From positions 1 to 48,447 of IMG/VR virus record IMGVR_UViG_3300048576_000566: 48,447 nt of DNA; one strand, 5' to 3'. A program made the translations under genes and the position numbers. Positions 1 through 7,636 of this stretch are shown here, piece by piece. The DNA is from a virus (lineage: Duplodnaviria; Caudoviricetes). The notes under the pieces were generated by a model that searched no databases, had not been told where the DNA came from, and saw only the letters and a list, made by a program, of their open reading frames with translations. Each line of letters begins with the position of its first letter. Position 1 is the first letter of the stretch.

Positions 1-465
1 TCAGCGCGTCGACGCCCATTCGGCGCGCAGCGGCTCCGCATCCTCCCTGCCGTCCAGCCAGCGGGAATAGGCGGCGGCGTCGAAGGGCACCGGTACGATG
101 GTGTGGAACATGCCCAGCAGCCCCGCGCAGACCGACTGCTGGATGCGCCACATGACCGGTTCGCGGTGCGGCAGGGACGCCCAGTCTTCTTCCCGCTCGT
201 ACCACAGAATGATGATGGCCTCCGGCACGCCGCCCTTTTCCCGGATCTGCCCGCGGATGTTGTCGGCCGTCGCCGCCAGCGCGGTCGACCGCCATTCGAC
301 CAGTTCCCGCATGCGCTGCGCGACGGCTTCCGGCAGCGGCTCGGAACCGTCCTCCCACGCCTGCCACTGCCGTTCGGTGACGGCCGGCGCCGCGACCCAG
401 CGTGCGGCTTCCCCATGGGAGAAAAACAGAAGACGGCGGAGGGCTTGCAGCGTGGTCGGGGTCAT
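1..465 (-). CDS. Host-side HTH/DUF1870 (YdiL/Aca2-like) family protein
   Basis: 154-aa ORF; N-terminal LQALRRLLFFS..EAA..V...VTERQWQAWEDG..P.P resembles XRE-HTH/DUF1870 proteins; lies outside the left att site. Confidence 0.55.
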   Translation of the reverse strand: MTPTTLQALRRLLFFSHGEAARWVAAPAVTERQWQAWEDGSEPLPEAVAQRMRELVEWRSTALAATADNIRGQIREKGGVPEAIIILWYEREEDWASLPHREPVMWRIQQSVCAGLLGMFHTIVPVPFDAAAYSRWLDGREDAEPLRAEWASTR

Positions 466-615
466 GATGTTGATTTCACGTGCTATCCGGGCAACATTGC
501 CCTATGATCGCGCCCGGGCGATGATGCCGGACGATCAGATTGGTCCTGCGATCGGATATGATCCGGGGATCAACACCGGGGAGACACATTTTTGACAGGA
601 ACTATCAAAAACGAG

Positions 616-649
616 AAAAGAAAAAGGGGCTGCAGCGAGTGCAACCCCT
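616..649 (-). terminator. Rho-independent terminator of the host tRNA-Asn, displaced by integration
   Basis: Minus strand AGGGGTTGCA-CTCGC-TGCAGCCCCT followed by a T-run, 10 nt beyond the duplicated tRNA CCA end. Confidence 0.75.
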
Positions 650-659
650 CGTGTCACTT

Positions 660-672
660 TGGCTCCCCGACC
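660..672. repeat. Left attachment site core (duplicated tRNA-Asn 3' end)
   Basis: TGGCTCCCCGACC identical to 48406-48418. Confidence 0.9.
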
Positions 673-738
673 GAGGCTTGCTAAGAACCGCAAGTATAAC
701 ATTATTCATGCCTAAACGCTTCTGCTTAGCCGCTTGAG

Positions 739-786
739 CGACAAACCTCTGCCTGTTTCTGTCTAGACCTCCAGATAACACTCGCC
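739..786 (+). promoter_or_regulatory. Putative activator-dependent late promoter, copy 1
   Basis: 38/48 identical to 12610-12657; GACA-N16-TGTC dyad; precedes the first late operon. Confidence 0.6.
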
Positions 787-814
787 GACGTGGGAAAGTG
801 CGTCGGAGGGTAGT

Positions 815-1009
815 GTGTCGTCTGTTGTTATCCCTGATCTGTTTTCGCTGAACAGCGTTATCGATTATCTCGTAGCGCATCGGGATCAATTCCCGGAGCA
901 CGGGGAATACAACATCGAAATGCGCAATTGCCTGCTGGCAAAGCCCCCCCAGCATCTCACCCATGACGATCAGACACGTACGGTCATTTTGATCGGCGTG
1001 TCAGTTTGA
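815..1009 (+). CDS. Small hypothetical protein
   Basis: 64-aa ORF, GTG start after a GGAGG SD, directly after the late-promoter motif. Confidence 0.45.
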   Translation: MSSVVIPDLFSLNSVIDYLVAHRDQFPEHGEYNIEMRNCLLAKPPQHLTHDDQTRTVILIGVSV

Positions 1010-1034
1010 ATGTGGAATGAAATCTGGAGGTCTC

Positions 1035-1514
1035 ATGAAACACCTGCGTATCGTAGTCTTCGGCCTGATCGCTGGACTGATCGGGTTGGCCAACGCCGCT
1101 ACAATCCACGTCCCCGACAGCTTCCTTTACGACACCGTCCGCGGCCAGATCGTCTTCGGCAGCGACACGATTAAGTGTGGTCTGGCGCCGTCGAGCTACG
1201 TCTACAACCGTGCGACGCACAGCAAGCGCAGTGACGTCACCGAGATCACCGGCACCGGTTATACCGCCGGCGGTCAGGCGGTGACGCCCACGGTGACCAA
1301 CGACACGACGAACCACAAGCTGATCATCGGCATCCCTCAGATCGTCTGGACCGGCTCGACGACGATCACCGCTCGGCAGCTGTACTGCTACAAGTCGACG
1401 GGCACGGCCAGCGCTGATCCGCTGATCTTGTTCGCGGATTTCGGCGCTGACGTCTCAAGCTCGGGCGGCACGTTTACGGTCAATGCCATCACCATCGAAT
1501 ACACGCATTTCTGA
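1035..1514 (+). CDS. Virion-appendage-like beta-rich protein with Sec-type signal peptide
   Basis: GGAGG SD; MKHLRIVVFGLIAGLIGLANA/A signal peptide; Thr/Gly-rich mature part with GTGYTAGG motif typical of phage fibre-base proteins. Confidence 0.65.
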   Translation: MKHLRIVVFGLIAGLIGLANAATIHVPDSFLYDTVRGQIVFGSDTIKCGLAPSSYVYNRATHSKRSDVTEITGTGYTAGGQAVTPTVTNDTTNHKLIIGIPQIVWTGSTTITARQLYCYKSTGTASADPLILFADFGADVSSSGGTFTVNAITIEYTHF

Positions 1515-1523
1515 GGATTTGGC

Positions 1524-3887
1524 GTGGCGACTCTCACGTCGACCGAGCTGGGCGCCTCGGGCCGGTACATCAATTTTGGTAGCGCGGCCGCGCTGGATGA
1601 CCTCGGCAGCCAGACTATCATCGTCTACGCGCGTCCGACCGGCGCCGGCGGCGGGGACAACGCCTACCTGTACAGCAAGGGCGGATCAACGGGGCTGACT
1701 GGGCCGCGGCTGTTCATCCAGCACAACAGCGGCAGTCCGAAATTGCTGTTTGGCGCGAATTCCGCAAACTCGTCTGGGAAACCATACAACAACAGCGTGG
1801 CGGTAGCCGGGGCTGTCGCTTACAACGCTTGGCAGTACTTCCAGGTCTGCTGGGACGGCACAATTAATGCCCATGGAATCAAGACGTATATCAATGCTGG
1901 TACTTCGCCGACTGGCGTCTCCAACGACAATGGTGATGGAGCCATCACCAGCGACGCGGCGAACAACGTCTACCTGATGAACCGAGAAGACCTGGCACGT
2001 AATTTCGTCGGGGACTACGGTTGGTGCGCGGTCTGGGATCGCGAACTGTCGAATGAGGAACGAGCTACGGTCCGCTCCACTGGCCCGCTGGATGTGCCGA
2101 GCGGACTGGTTTTTCTCGCTGTGAATCAGGCCGATTTAGGACCGCATGAGCTGCCTGTGGTCGGCCGTTCGGAGTACGTCGCCGGCGCGCTGCCGCCGAA
2201 CACGGCCCTGGGGGGTTCGAACGACGCGACGGTCTCGGGCGGTACGGGAACGGGTGCCGGCGCCGGCAGCGGCGGAAATGCCATCGGCGGGACAGACTCC
2301 CCGAACGGCGAGGCCTCGGGCGGAACGGGCGCCGGGACGGGGACCGGGTCCGGCGGCGACGCCAGCGGCGGCGCTCAGACACTGTCCATGATGCACGCCG
2401 GCGACGGCTTCAACACGCATCCGACGAACTCGACCGTCACGAATCCGAGCAGCACAACGCCCACAGTGCTGATCGTGCCACGCACACAGCATGTCGTGAC
2501 GCCAGGCCCCTGGGTTGAGGACAAGACCGTCTGGCGGAATTTCCAGTTCAAGCTGACGGGCGCGCAGGGCAAAACGCCCTCGTTCCGCGTCTCGATCCTG
2601 TCCTACACCGTCACGATTTTTTCGGCCTGGCGCCCCTGGTACTCCTACGACAATGTGAACTGGACGCAGTGGCCGTCGGCGACAACCCTGAACGGCAACT
2701 ATCGAGAGTTCGGCGGCGTCACCTTCACCGCCGATACCGTCTACATCGGCTTCATGCCTGGCTATCCGATCGCGCGGGCGAAGTCGCTGATCGACTGGCT
2801 GGTGGCGAATCATCCAGACTACATTCACCCCTTGCGCTCAACCGGCCCTGACTGGGTGGCGCAGACCCTGCCCGCGCAAACCGACGAACTCGGAAACACG
2901 GTCCCCGCACAGCCGTTCTACACCTACGGCATATGGGACCGGGTGGCCCGTCCGGACGATGGAAATCCGAAACGGACCTGTCTTCTGACCTGCGGCATGC
3001 ATCCTGGCGAGACCGTGGCGGACTGGATGTTCGAGGGGTTTGTGAAGTTCTGCGTCGGGGAGGACCCGGCGGCGCTGCTGCTGCGAAAGAATGCCGAGTT
3101 GATCATCTACCCGAAGATCAACCCACCTGGTAGCTACGGAGGGCACTGGCGCGGCCAGTGGGAACCGACGGCGCTGACGAAGAACTCGAACCGCGACTAC
3201 TCGAATTTCTACGGTGTCACGCCGTTTCAAATGCCATCCTCGCGCGCCGTGCGGGACTCGCTGCTGCTGGACGCCGCCGGCCGGCACATCACCTGTGCGC
3301 TGGACTTCCACGGCCAACAGGATGATCCGAGCGGACAGCCTGCCGCCTACTGGTTCCTCGACAGCACTACCGATGCCACGTATGCGGCGAATTGGCAGGC
3401 CCGGATGCGCGTATACAACTCCAGCTACACCCGCCAGGCGGCCGATCTGCGTTCGTCTCTGCAGACCTGGATTCACGATACCTACAGTTGCCAGCACTCC
3501 TACACCCCTGAGGCCTACGAGCAGCGCCTGTGCTCGGCCGGAACGGCGGACTACACCGCAGTCGGCGAGCACTTGGCCAAAGCCCTGGCGGCAACCTTCA
3601 CCGCCTCGCCGGCCGGCGAGGCGCGATTCATTGGCAAATCGGCCGTGCTCGATTTTCAGAACGCCCCGGCCGATGGCCCGCTGTCGGCCTCGTTGTGGTC
3701 CGGAGTCCCCGGCCATGGCGGCGCACTGCTTTCCGCCGAAAAGACTGGCAGTTCCGGCGGGATGGTCGCACTCGATGCCTCGGCGGCCGACGGATCTTCG
3801 GTCTTCGTGTTGCTGACCGACGACGGCGAGACAGCCGGCACGACGCGCAGTTTCGCCGCCACCGTCGACGTCAGCGTGTCGACATGA
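1524..3887 (+). CDS. LamG/ConA-like domain + Gly-rich linker + M14 zinc carboxypeptidase-like protein
   Basis: N-terminal LamG-like pattern ending VWDRELSNEE; M14 motifs GMHPGE, INPPG..NSNRD, LDFHG, YTPE. Confidence 0.75.
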   Translation: MATLTSTELGASGRYINFGSAAALDDLGSQTIIVYARPTGAGGGDNAYLYSKGGSTGLTGPRLFIQHNSGSPKLLFGANSANSSGKPYNNSVAVAGAVAYNAWQYFQVCWDGTINAHGIKTYINAGTSPTGVSNDNGDGAITSDAANNVYLMNREDLARNFVGDYGWCAVWDRELSNEERATVRSTGPLDVPSGLVFLAVNQADLGPHELPVVGRSEYVAGALPPNTALGGSNDATVSGGTGTGAGAGSGGNAIGGTDSPNGEASGGTGAGTGTGSGGDASGGAQTLSMMHAGDGFNTHPTNSTVTNPSSTTPTVLIVPRTQHVVTPGPWVEDKTVWRNFQFKLTGAQGKTPSFRVSILSYTVTIFSAWRPWYSYDNVNWTQWPSATTLNGNYREFGGVTFTADTVYIGFMPGYPIARAKSLIDWLVANHPDYIHPLRSTGPDWVAQTLPAQTDELGNTVPAQPFYTYGIWDRVARPDDGNPKRTCLLTCGMHPGETVADWMFEGFVKFCVGEDPAALLLRKNAELIIYPKINPPGSYGGHWRGQWEPTALTKNSNRDYSNFYGVTPFQMPSSRAVRDSLLLDAAGRHITCALDFHGQQDDPSGQPAAYWFLDSTTDATYAANWQARMRVYNSSYTRQAADLRSSLQTWIHDTYSCQHSYTPEAYEQRLCSAGTADYTAVGEHLAKALAATFTASPAGEARFIGKSAVLDFQNAPADGPLSASLWSGVPGHGGALLSAEKTGSSGGMVALDASAADGSSVFVLLTDDGETAGTTRSFAATVDVSVST

Positions 3888-4408
3888 TTCAGCCAGTCCT
3901 CGGTGCGCAGTTCGTATCTGGCGCGCCGCTTTTGTTCTATCAATTTCTTGAGGCCGACGGATCTGTTGTAGCCGAAGGAGGCATCGGTACCGGGCTGAGC
4001 TCCGGATGGGGCGGCGATGCCCACGGGCAGATCAGCGGTACGGCGATGGGCGGCACCGGCACCGGAAGCGGCACCGGCAGCGGCGGAGACGCCGCTGGGG
4101 CGGCTGGCGGCTCGGCCACGGCGTCCGGCGGCACGGGCACCGGCCACGGATCGGGATCAGGCGGCGCCGCGGCCGGACAGATCAACGGCGTTGCGTCCGG
4201 CGGCACGGGGACTGAGTATGGATCAGGGTCCGGCGGCGATGCCATCGGCGGTACCGCAGATGCGGTAGCCAGCGGCGGCACGGGCACTGGCCACGGCAGC
4301 GGATCAGGGGGTTCTGCGTTCGGATCAGGCAACCAGCAGTTCGTCCGCCCGCCCCGCTCGCGCCTAGTCGTCGTCCCCTTCGAAAACCGACGAGTGAGGA
4401 TCCAATGA
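3884..4408 (+). CDS. Gly-rich repeat (fibre-like) protein
   Basis: ATGA overlap with upstream stop; four repeats of (A)SGGTGTGxGSGSGG. Confidence 0.65.
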   Translation: MIQPVLGAQFVSGAPLLFYQFLEADGSVVAEGGIGTGLSSGWGGDAHGQISGTAMGGTGTGSGTGSGGDAAGAAGGSATASGGTGTGHGSGSGGAAAGQINGVASGGTGTEYGSGSGGDAIGGTADAVASGGTGTGHGSGSGGSAFGSGNQQFVRPPRSRLVVVPFENRRVRIQ

Positions 4409-4695
4409 TCGGCGATGGATTTGTGTGCGACCAGGACGGCTACTACATCGAGGTGAAGGCCGGTACGACAGTCGACTACGGGTTTTTCTGGCGCGACTGG
4501 CTTACCGGCCGTGCGATCCAGTCGAGCACGTGGGAGGTGCCGTCCGGGCTGACCAAGGTTTCCGATGGCCATGACGATATCTCGACCTCGGTCACCATCA
4601 CGGCGAACAGCCCCGGCACCTACGTGATCGGCAACACGATCCAGGCCGAAGATCTGGCCCCGAAGCGTACCTTCCGCATCATCGTGGAGGCCTGA
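4405..4695 (+). CDS. Small beta-sandwich fibre adaptor-like protein
   Basis: 96 aa with DYGFFWRDWL..I.SSTW pattern seen in phage fibre-adaptor proteins; ATGA coupled. Confidence 0.55.
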   Translation: MIGDGFVCDQDGYYIEVKAGTTVDYGFFWRDWLTGRAIQSSTWEVPSGLTKVSDGHDDISTSVTITANSPGTYVIGNTIQAEDLAPKRTFRIIVEA

Positions 4696-5636
4696 TGGCG
4701 CGCCGCTCGCAGCCGATGGACGACGTCACGTTCCGCTGCGGCGTCTGCCGGCACGTCTTCAACGCGCGCCCGTCCGAGGTCGTCGACGCGCCCGAGCGCG
4801 AGCATCATCCCTGGGACTATTACGCCGCGTGCCCGGTGTGCGACGCGCGCGCCGGGCAAGCCTACTGGGAAAAGGCGCTGCTCAAGGCCTGGACGGCCGC
4901 CACCGGGCCGAAGACCCCCGAAGGCCTGGCCGCCACGGCCAAGAACCTCGAAGGCCACCCGACGCCGGAGGAAGCGCGCCGCACCCGTTTTAACGCCATG
5001 AAGCATGGCTTGGCCGCCCGCACGGCAACGTATTTCCCGGCCAAGCCGGACGGCTACGCTTTCTGCAAAGCCTGCGACATCGACCGCGACTGGTGCGCCG
5101 ACCAGCCGGCGTGCGCCAGACAGACGCAGCTGTTCATGCAGCACCACGCCGCGTTCGAATCTGGCGATCCGAAGCACCTCAAGGGCATCTACGCCGACCT
5201 GCAGGGCGCGATCATGGCCGTGCTGCAGCAGATCCTGCAGACCATCATCGCCGACGGCGTCAAGATCACCTGCCCGCAGTGGTACACCGACAAGGAAACG
5301 GGTCGAGTCATCATCGCCGAGTACATCGACGAGAACGGCAAGCGCCGCGTGCTCACCGAGATCGAGGCGCACCCGTTGTTCAAGCCGCTCGGCGAGCTGC
5401 TCTCGCGCAACAGCCTGTCGCTCGCCGACATGGGCATGACCGCCAAGGTCATCGAACAAGAGGAACAGGAAATGGGCCGCCTGCAGGCGCAGGACGACGC
5501 CCGCCAGGCGCTCTCCGACTTCTCCAGGCAGCAGGCCGATTCCCTGGCCGCCTTGCGCGCCATGATGGAGCGCGCCCAGGAAAACCGGAAGAACGACCCG
5601 ATCCTGATCGAGTACCAGAAACAGAACGGAGGTTGA
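4695..5636 (+). CDS. Putative terminase small subunit with Cys-rich zinc-binding motifs
   Basis: Directly upstream of TerL; CxxC pairs; GPKTPEG...NAMKHGL motif. Confidence 0.6.
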   Translation: MARRSQPMDDVTFRCGVCRHVFNARPSEVVDAPEREHHPWDYYAACPVCDARAGQAYWEKALLKAWTAATGPKTPEGLAATAKNLEGHPTPEEARRTRFNAMKHGLAARTATYFPAKPDGYAFCKACDIDRDWCADQPACARQTQLFMQHHAAFESGDPKHLKGIYADLQGAIMAVLQQILQTIIADGVKITCPQWYTDKETGRVIIAEYIDENGKRRVLTEIEAHPLFKPLGELLSRNSLSLADMGMTAKVIEQEEQEMGRLQAQDDARQALSDFSRQQADSLAALRAMMERAQENRKNDPILIEYQKQNGG

Positions 5637-5740
5637 TGTGTGCAAATTTCATATCTGCTTTTGGCGTCATCCGATATTGTGGTTCAAGCAGGAATGGCAC
5701 CTGTTCATCATGCGCAGGGCATTGAAAATAAAGCTGTAGA

Positions 5741-7390
5741 ATGCCGCGCGTCACCGCCGCCGAACGCATCCAGATCGCCAGCCGGGCCGAGGCGGCGATC
5801 ATGAAGTTCGCCCGCGCCGACCCGGAGACGGGGCTGCGGCCGCACGCCCTATGGCACAAACACGTGCACAACGTGACGCTCGACCCCGTGCAGGTGCTCA
5901 AGATGGTCGAGATGGACCAGCACCCGAACACCATCGACGTTTCCTGCCGGCGCACCGGCAAGACGGCGGGCAAGGAGATGTACCTGCTCGAGCACCTGGC
6001 CACCATGCCGCACCAGGATCTCGGCGTCGTCGCACCGCGCCAGCAGCAGGCGCAGAACAACCTCTCGTATCACCTCGACGCCCTCCAGCGCTCCGAGATG
6101 CTGGCCAGCTACATCGGCTACAAGAACGGCCGCAAGCAGAAATCGGACACCAAATATGAGTTCGCCAATGGCAGCGGCGCCTCGGCCTACGGCATCATGA
6201 GCCAGATCGACGGCGATTCGCTGACCGCCGCCTCGCTCGAGGAAACCGACGACATGCCGGCCGAACGCCTGCTCTCGCGCTTCCTGCCCATGCTCGGCGC
6301 CGCGCGCCGGCTCGGCGTCGATCCGGGCGCCGCCAGCTTCAAGCCGCAGATCCGCATCACCGGCGTGTTCAAGGGCGCGGACGTGCTGCAAGCGCTGCTC
6401 GACTCCGGGCAGTACAAGCTGCTGCCGGCGGTCGACGTCTACCTCGGCATCGAACTCGGCATCCTCAACGAGAAATTCATGCTCGAGATGCGCGCGCAGT
6501 TGCCCGAGGGCGAGTTCATCCGCCAGTTCCTGTGCATGAACATCGGCAGCCAGAACTTCATCTGGGAAAAGCACATCCGCCGCGCCCTGGCCCTGGGGCT
6601 GCAGGCCGGCCTGCAGCTGGCCGGGCCGCTGCCGGGGGCACGCTACAAGAAGCGCGGCCTCGTCTCCCTCGGCTACGACCACACCGGCCACGGCGAAAGC
6701 CTCACCGCGTCGAAATCCGCGCTGGTCGTCACCGAGCAGATCGGCGCCTTCGTCACCTTCCCCTACGTGCGCACCTGGCCGGCCGGCACCGACGACAAGG
6801 TCATCGAGAACGACCTCTACGCCCTGTACGACTACTTCCGCCCGGACGTCGCCATCGGCGACGCATTCGGCGTCGGCATGCTCACCAGTCTCAACGACCG
6901 GCTGTTCAAGGGCGGGCTGACCGACATCGACCGGCGCACCATCGGCGACGGCCAGAGCACCGCCAGCACCTGGGGCGAATGGCCGTTCGCCCCGCTGCGC
7001 TTCGAAGGCATGGTCAAGCACAGCATGGCCAGCGCGCTGAAGGCCATATTCCACAACGGCAACGCCGCCATCCCCTACGTCGACACCGGCGCCGACGCCG
7101 TGCGCGACGACGCAAACGTCGTCTGGACGCCGAAAGAGATCTGGAGCGACAAGGAAGCCGCCGCCGACTGGCTGCTCTTCTGCCGTCAGCTCGGCAACAT
7201 CAAGACCGAGGAGACCCGGGCCGGCTATCTCAGCTTCAAGATGGCCGAGCCGCGCCTCGGCGACGACCTGTTCGACGCCGCCATGGCCGCGAACTGGGGT
7301 CTGGTCACCCGCGGCGCCGACCTCGTCCCGGCAGTGATCGGCGCGCGCACCCAGACCCGCGAGCAGCTGCTCGGGAGGCGCGCCGCATGA
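5741..7390 (+). CDS. terL: Terminase large subunit
   Basis: Walker A SCRRTGKT, Walker B-like SLEETDD, nuclease motifs LGYD and GDDLFDA. Confidence 0.85.
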   Translation: MPRVTAAERIQIASRAEAAIMKFARADPETGLRPHALWHKHVHNVTLDPVQVLKMVEMDQHPNTIDVSCRRTGKTAGKEMYLLEHLATMPHQDLGVVAPRQQQAQNNLSYHLDALQRSEMLASYIGYKNGRKQKSDTKYEFANGSGASAYGIMSQIDGDSLTAASLEETDDMPAERLLSRFLPMLGAARRLGVDPGAASFKPQIRITGVFKGADVLQALLDSGQYKLLPAVDVYLGIELGILNEKFMLEMRAQLPEGEFIRQFLCMNIGSQNFIWEKHIRRALALGLQAGLQLAGPLPGARYKKRGLVSLGYDHTGHGESLTASKSALVVTEQIGAFVTFPYVRTWPAGTDDKVIENDLYALYDYFRPDVAIGDAFGVGMLTSLNDRLFKGGLTDIDRRTIGDGQSTASTWGEWPFAPLRFEGMVKHSMASALKAIFHNGNAAIPYVDTGADAVRDDANVVWTPKEIWSDKEAAADWLLFCRQLGNIKTEETRAGYLSFKMAEPRLGDDLFDAAMAANWGLVTRGADLVPAVIGARTQTREQLLGRRAA

Positions 7391-7635
7391 GTTACGCCAA
7401 GGTCAAGGGCCGCACGCCCTCATTGTTCGACGCAAAACCGGAAGTGCGCCGCCCGGCCCCCCCGGCCGCGCCGATCGACGAAGCCGAGCACGCGCGCATC
7501 CGCGCCAACGTCGACGCCGTCAAGGCGTACCTGCCCGAGTTCTGGCCGTTCATCAAGGAACTGCACGCGGCCGGGCTGATCGACGGCCTGCGCGCCATCG
7601 TGCGCGTCGACACCCACCCCCTCAAGGAGTCCTGA
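7387..7635 (+). CDS. Small hypothetical phage protein
   Basis: 82 aa, ATGA overlap with terL stop. Confidence 0.6.
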   Translation: MSYAKVKGRTPSLFDAKPEVRRPAPPAAPIDEAEHARIRANVDAVKAYLPEFWPFIKELHAAGLIDGLRAIVRVDTHPLKES

Positions 7636-7636
7636 C

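Noticed and set aside
540-737. 65-aa ORF spanning the left att site as an independent gene
   Set aside because: Its 5' part is host intergenic/terminator sequence; only 660-737 is meaningful, as the attP-form integrase tail
5636-5740. Low-GC gap with a 29-codon Cys-containing ORF between terS and terL
   Set aside because: Too short and no recognisable motif; cannot support a gene call
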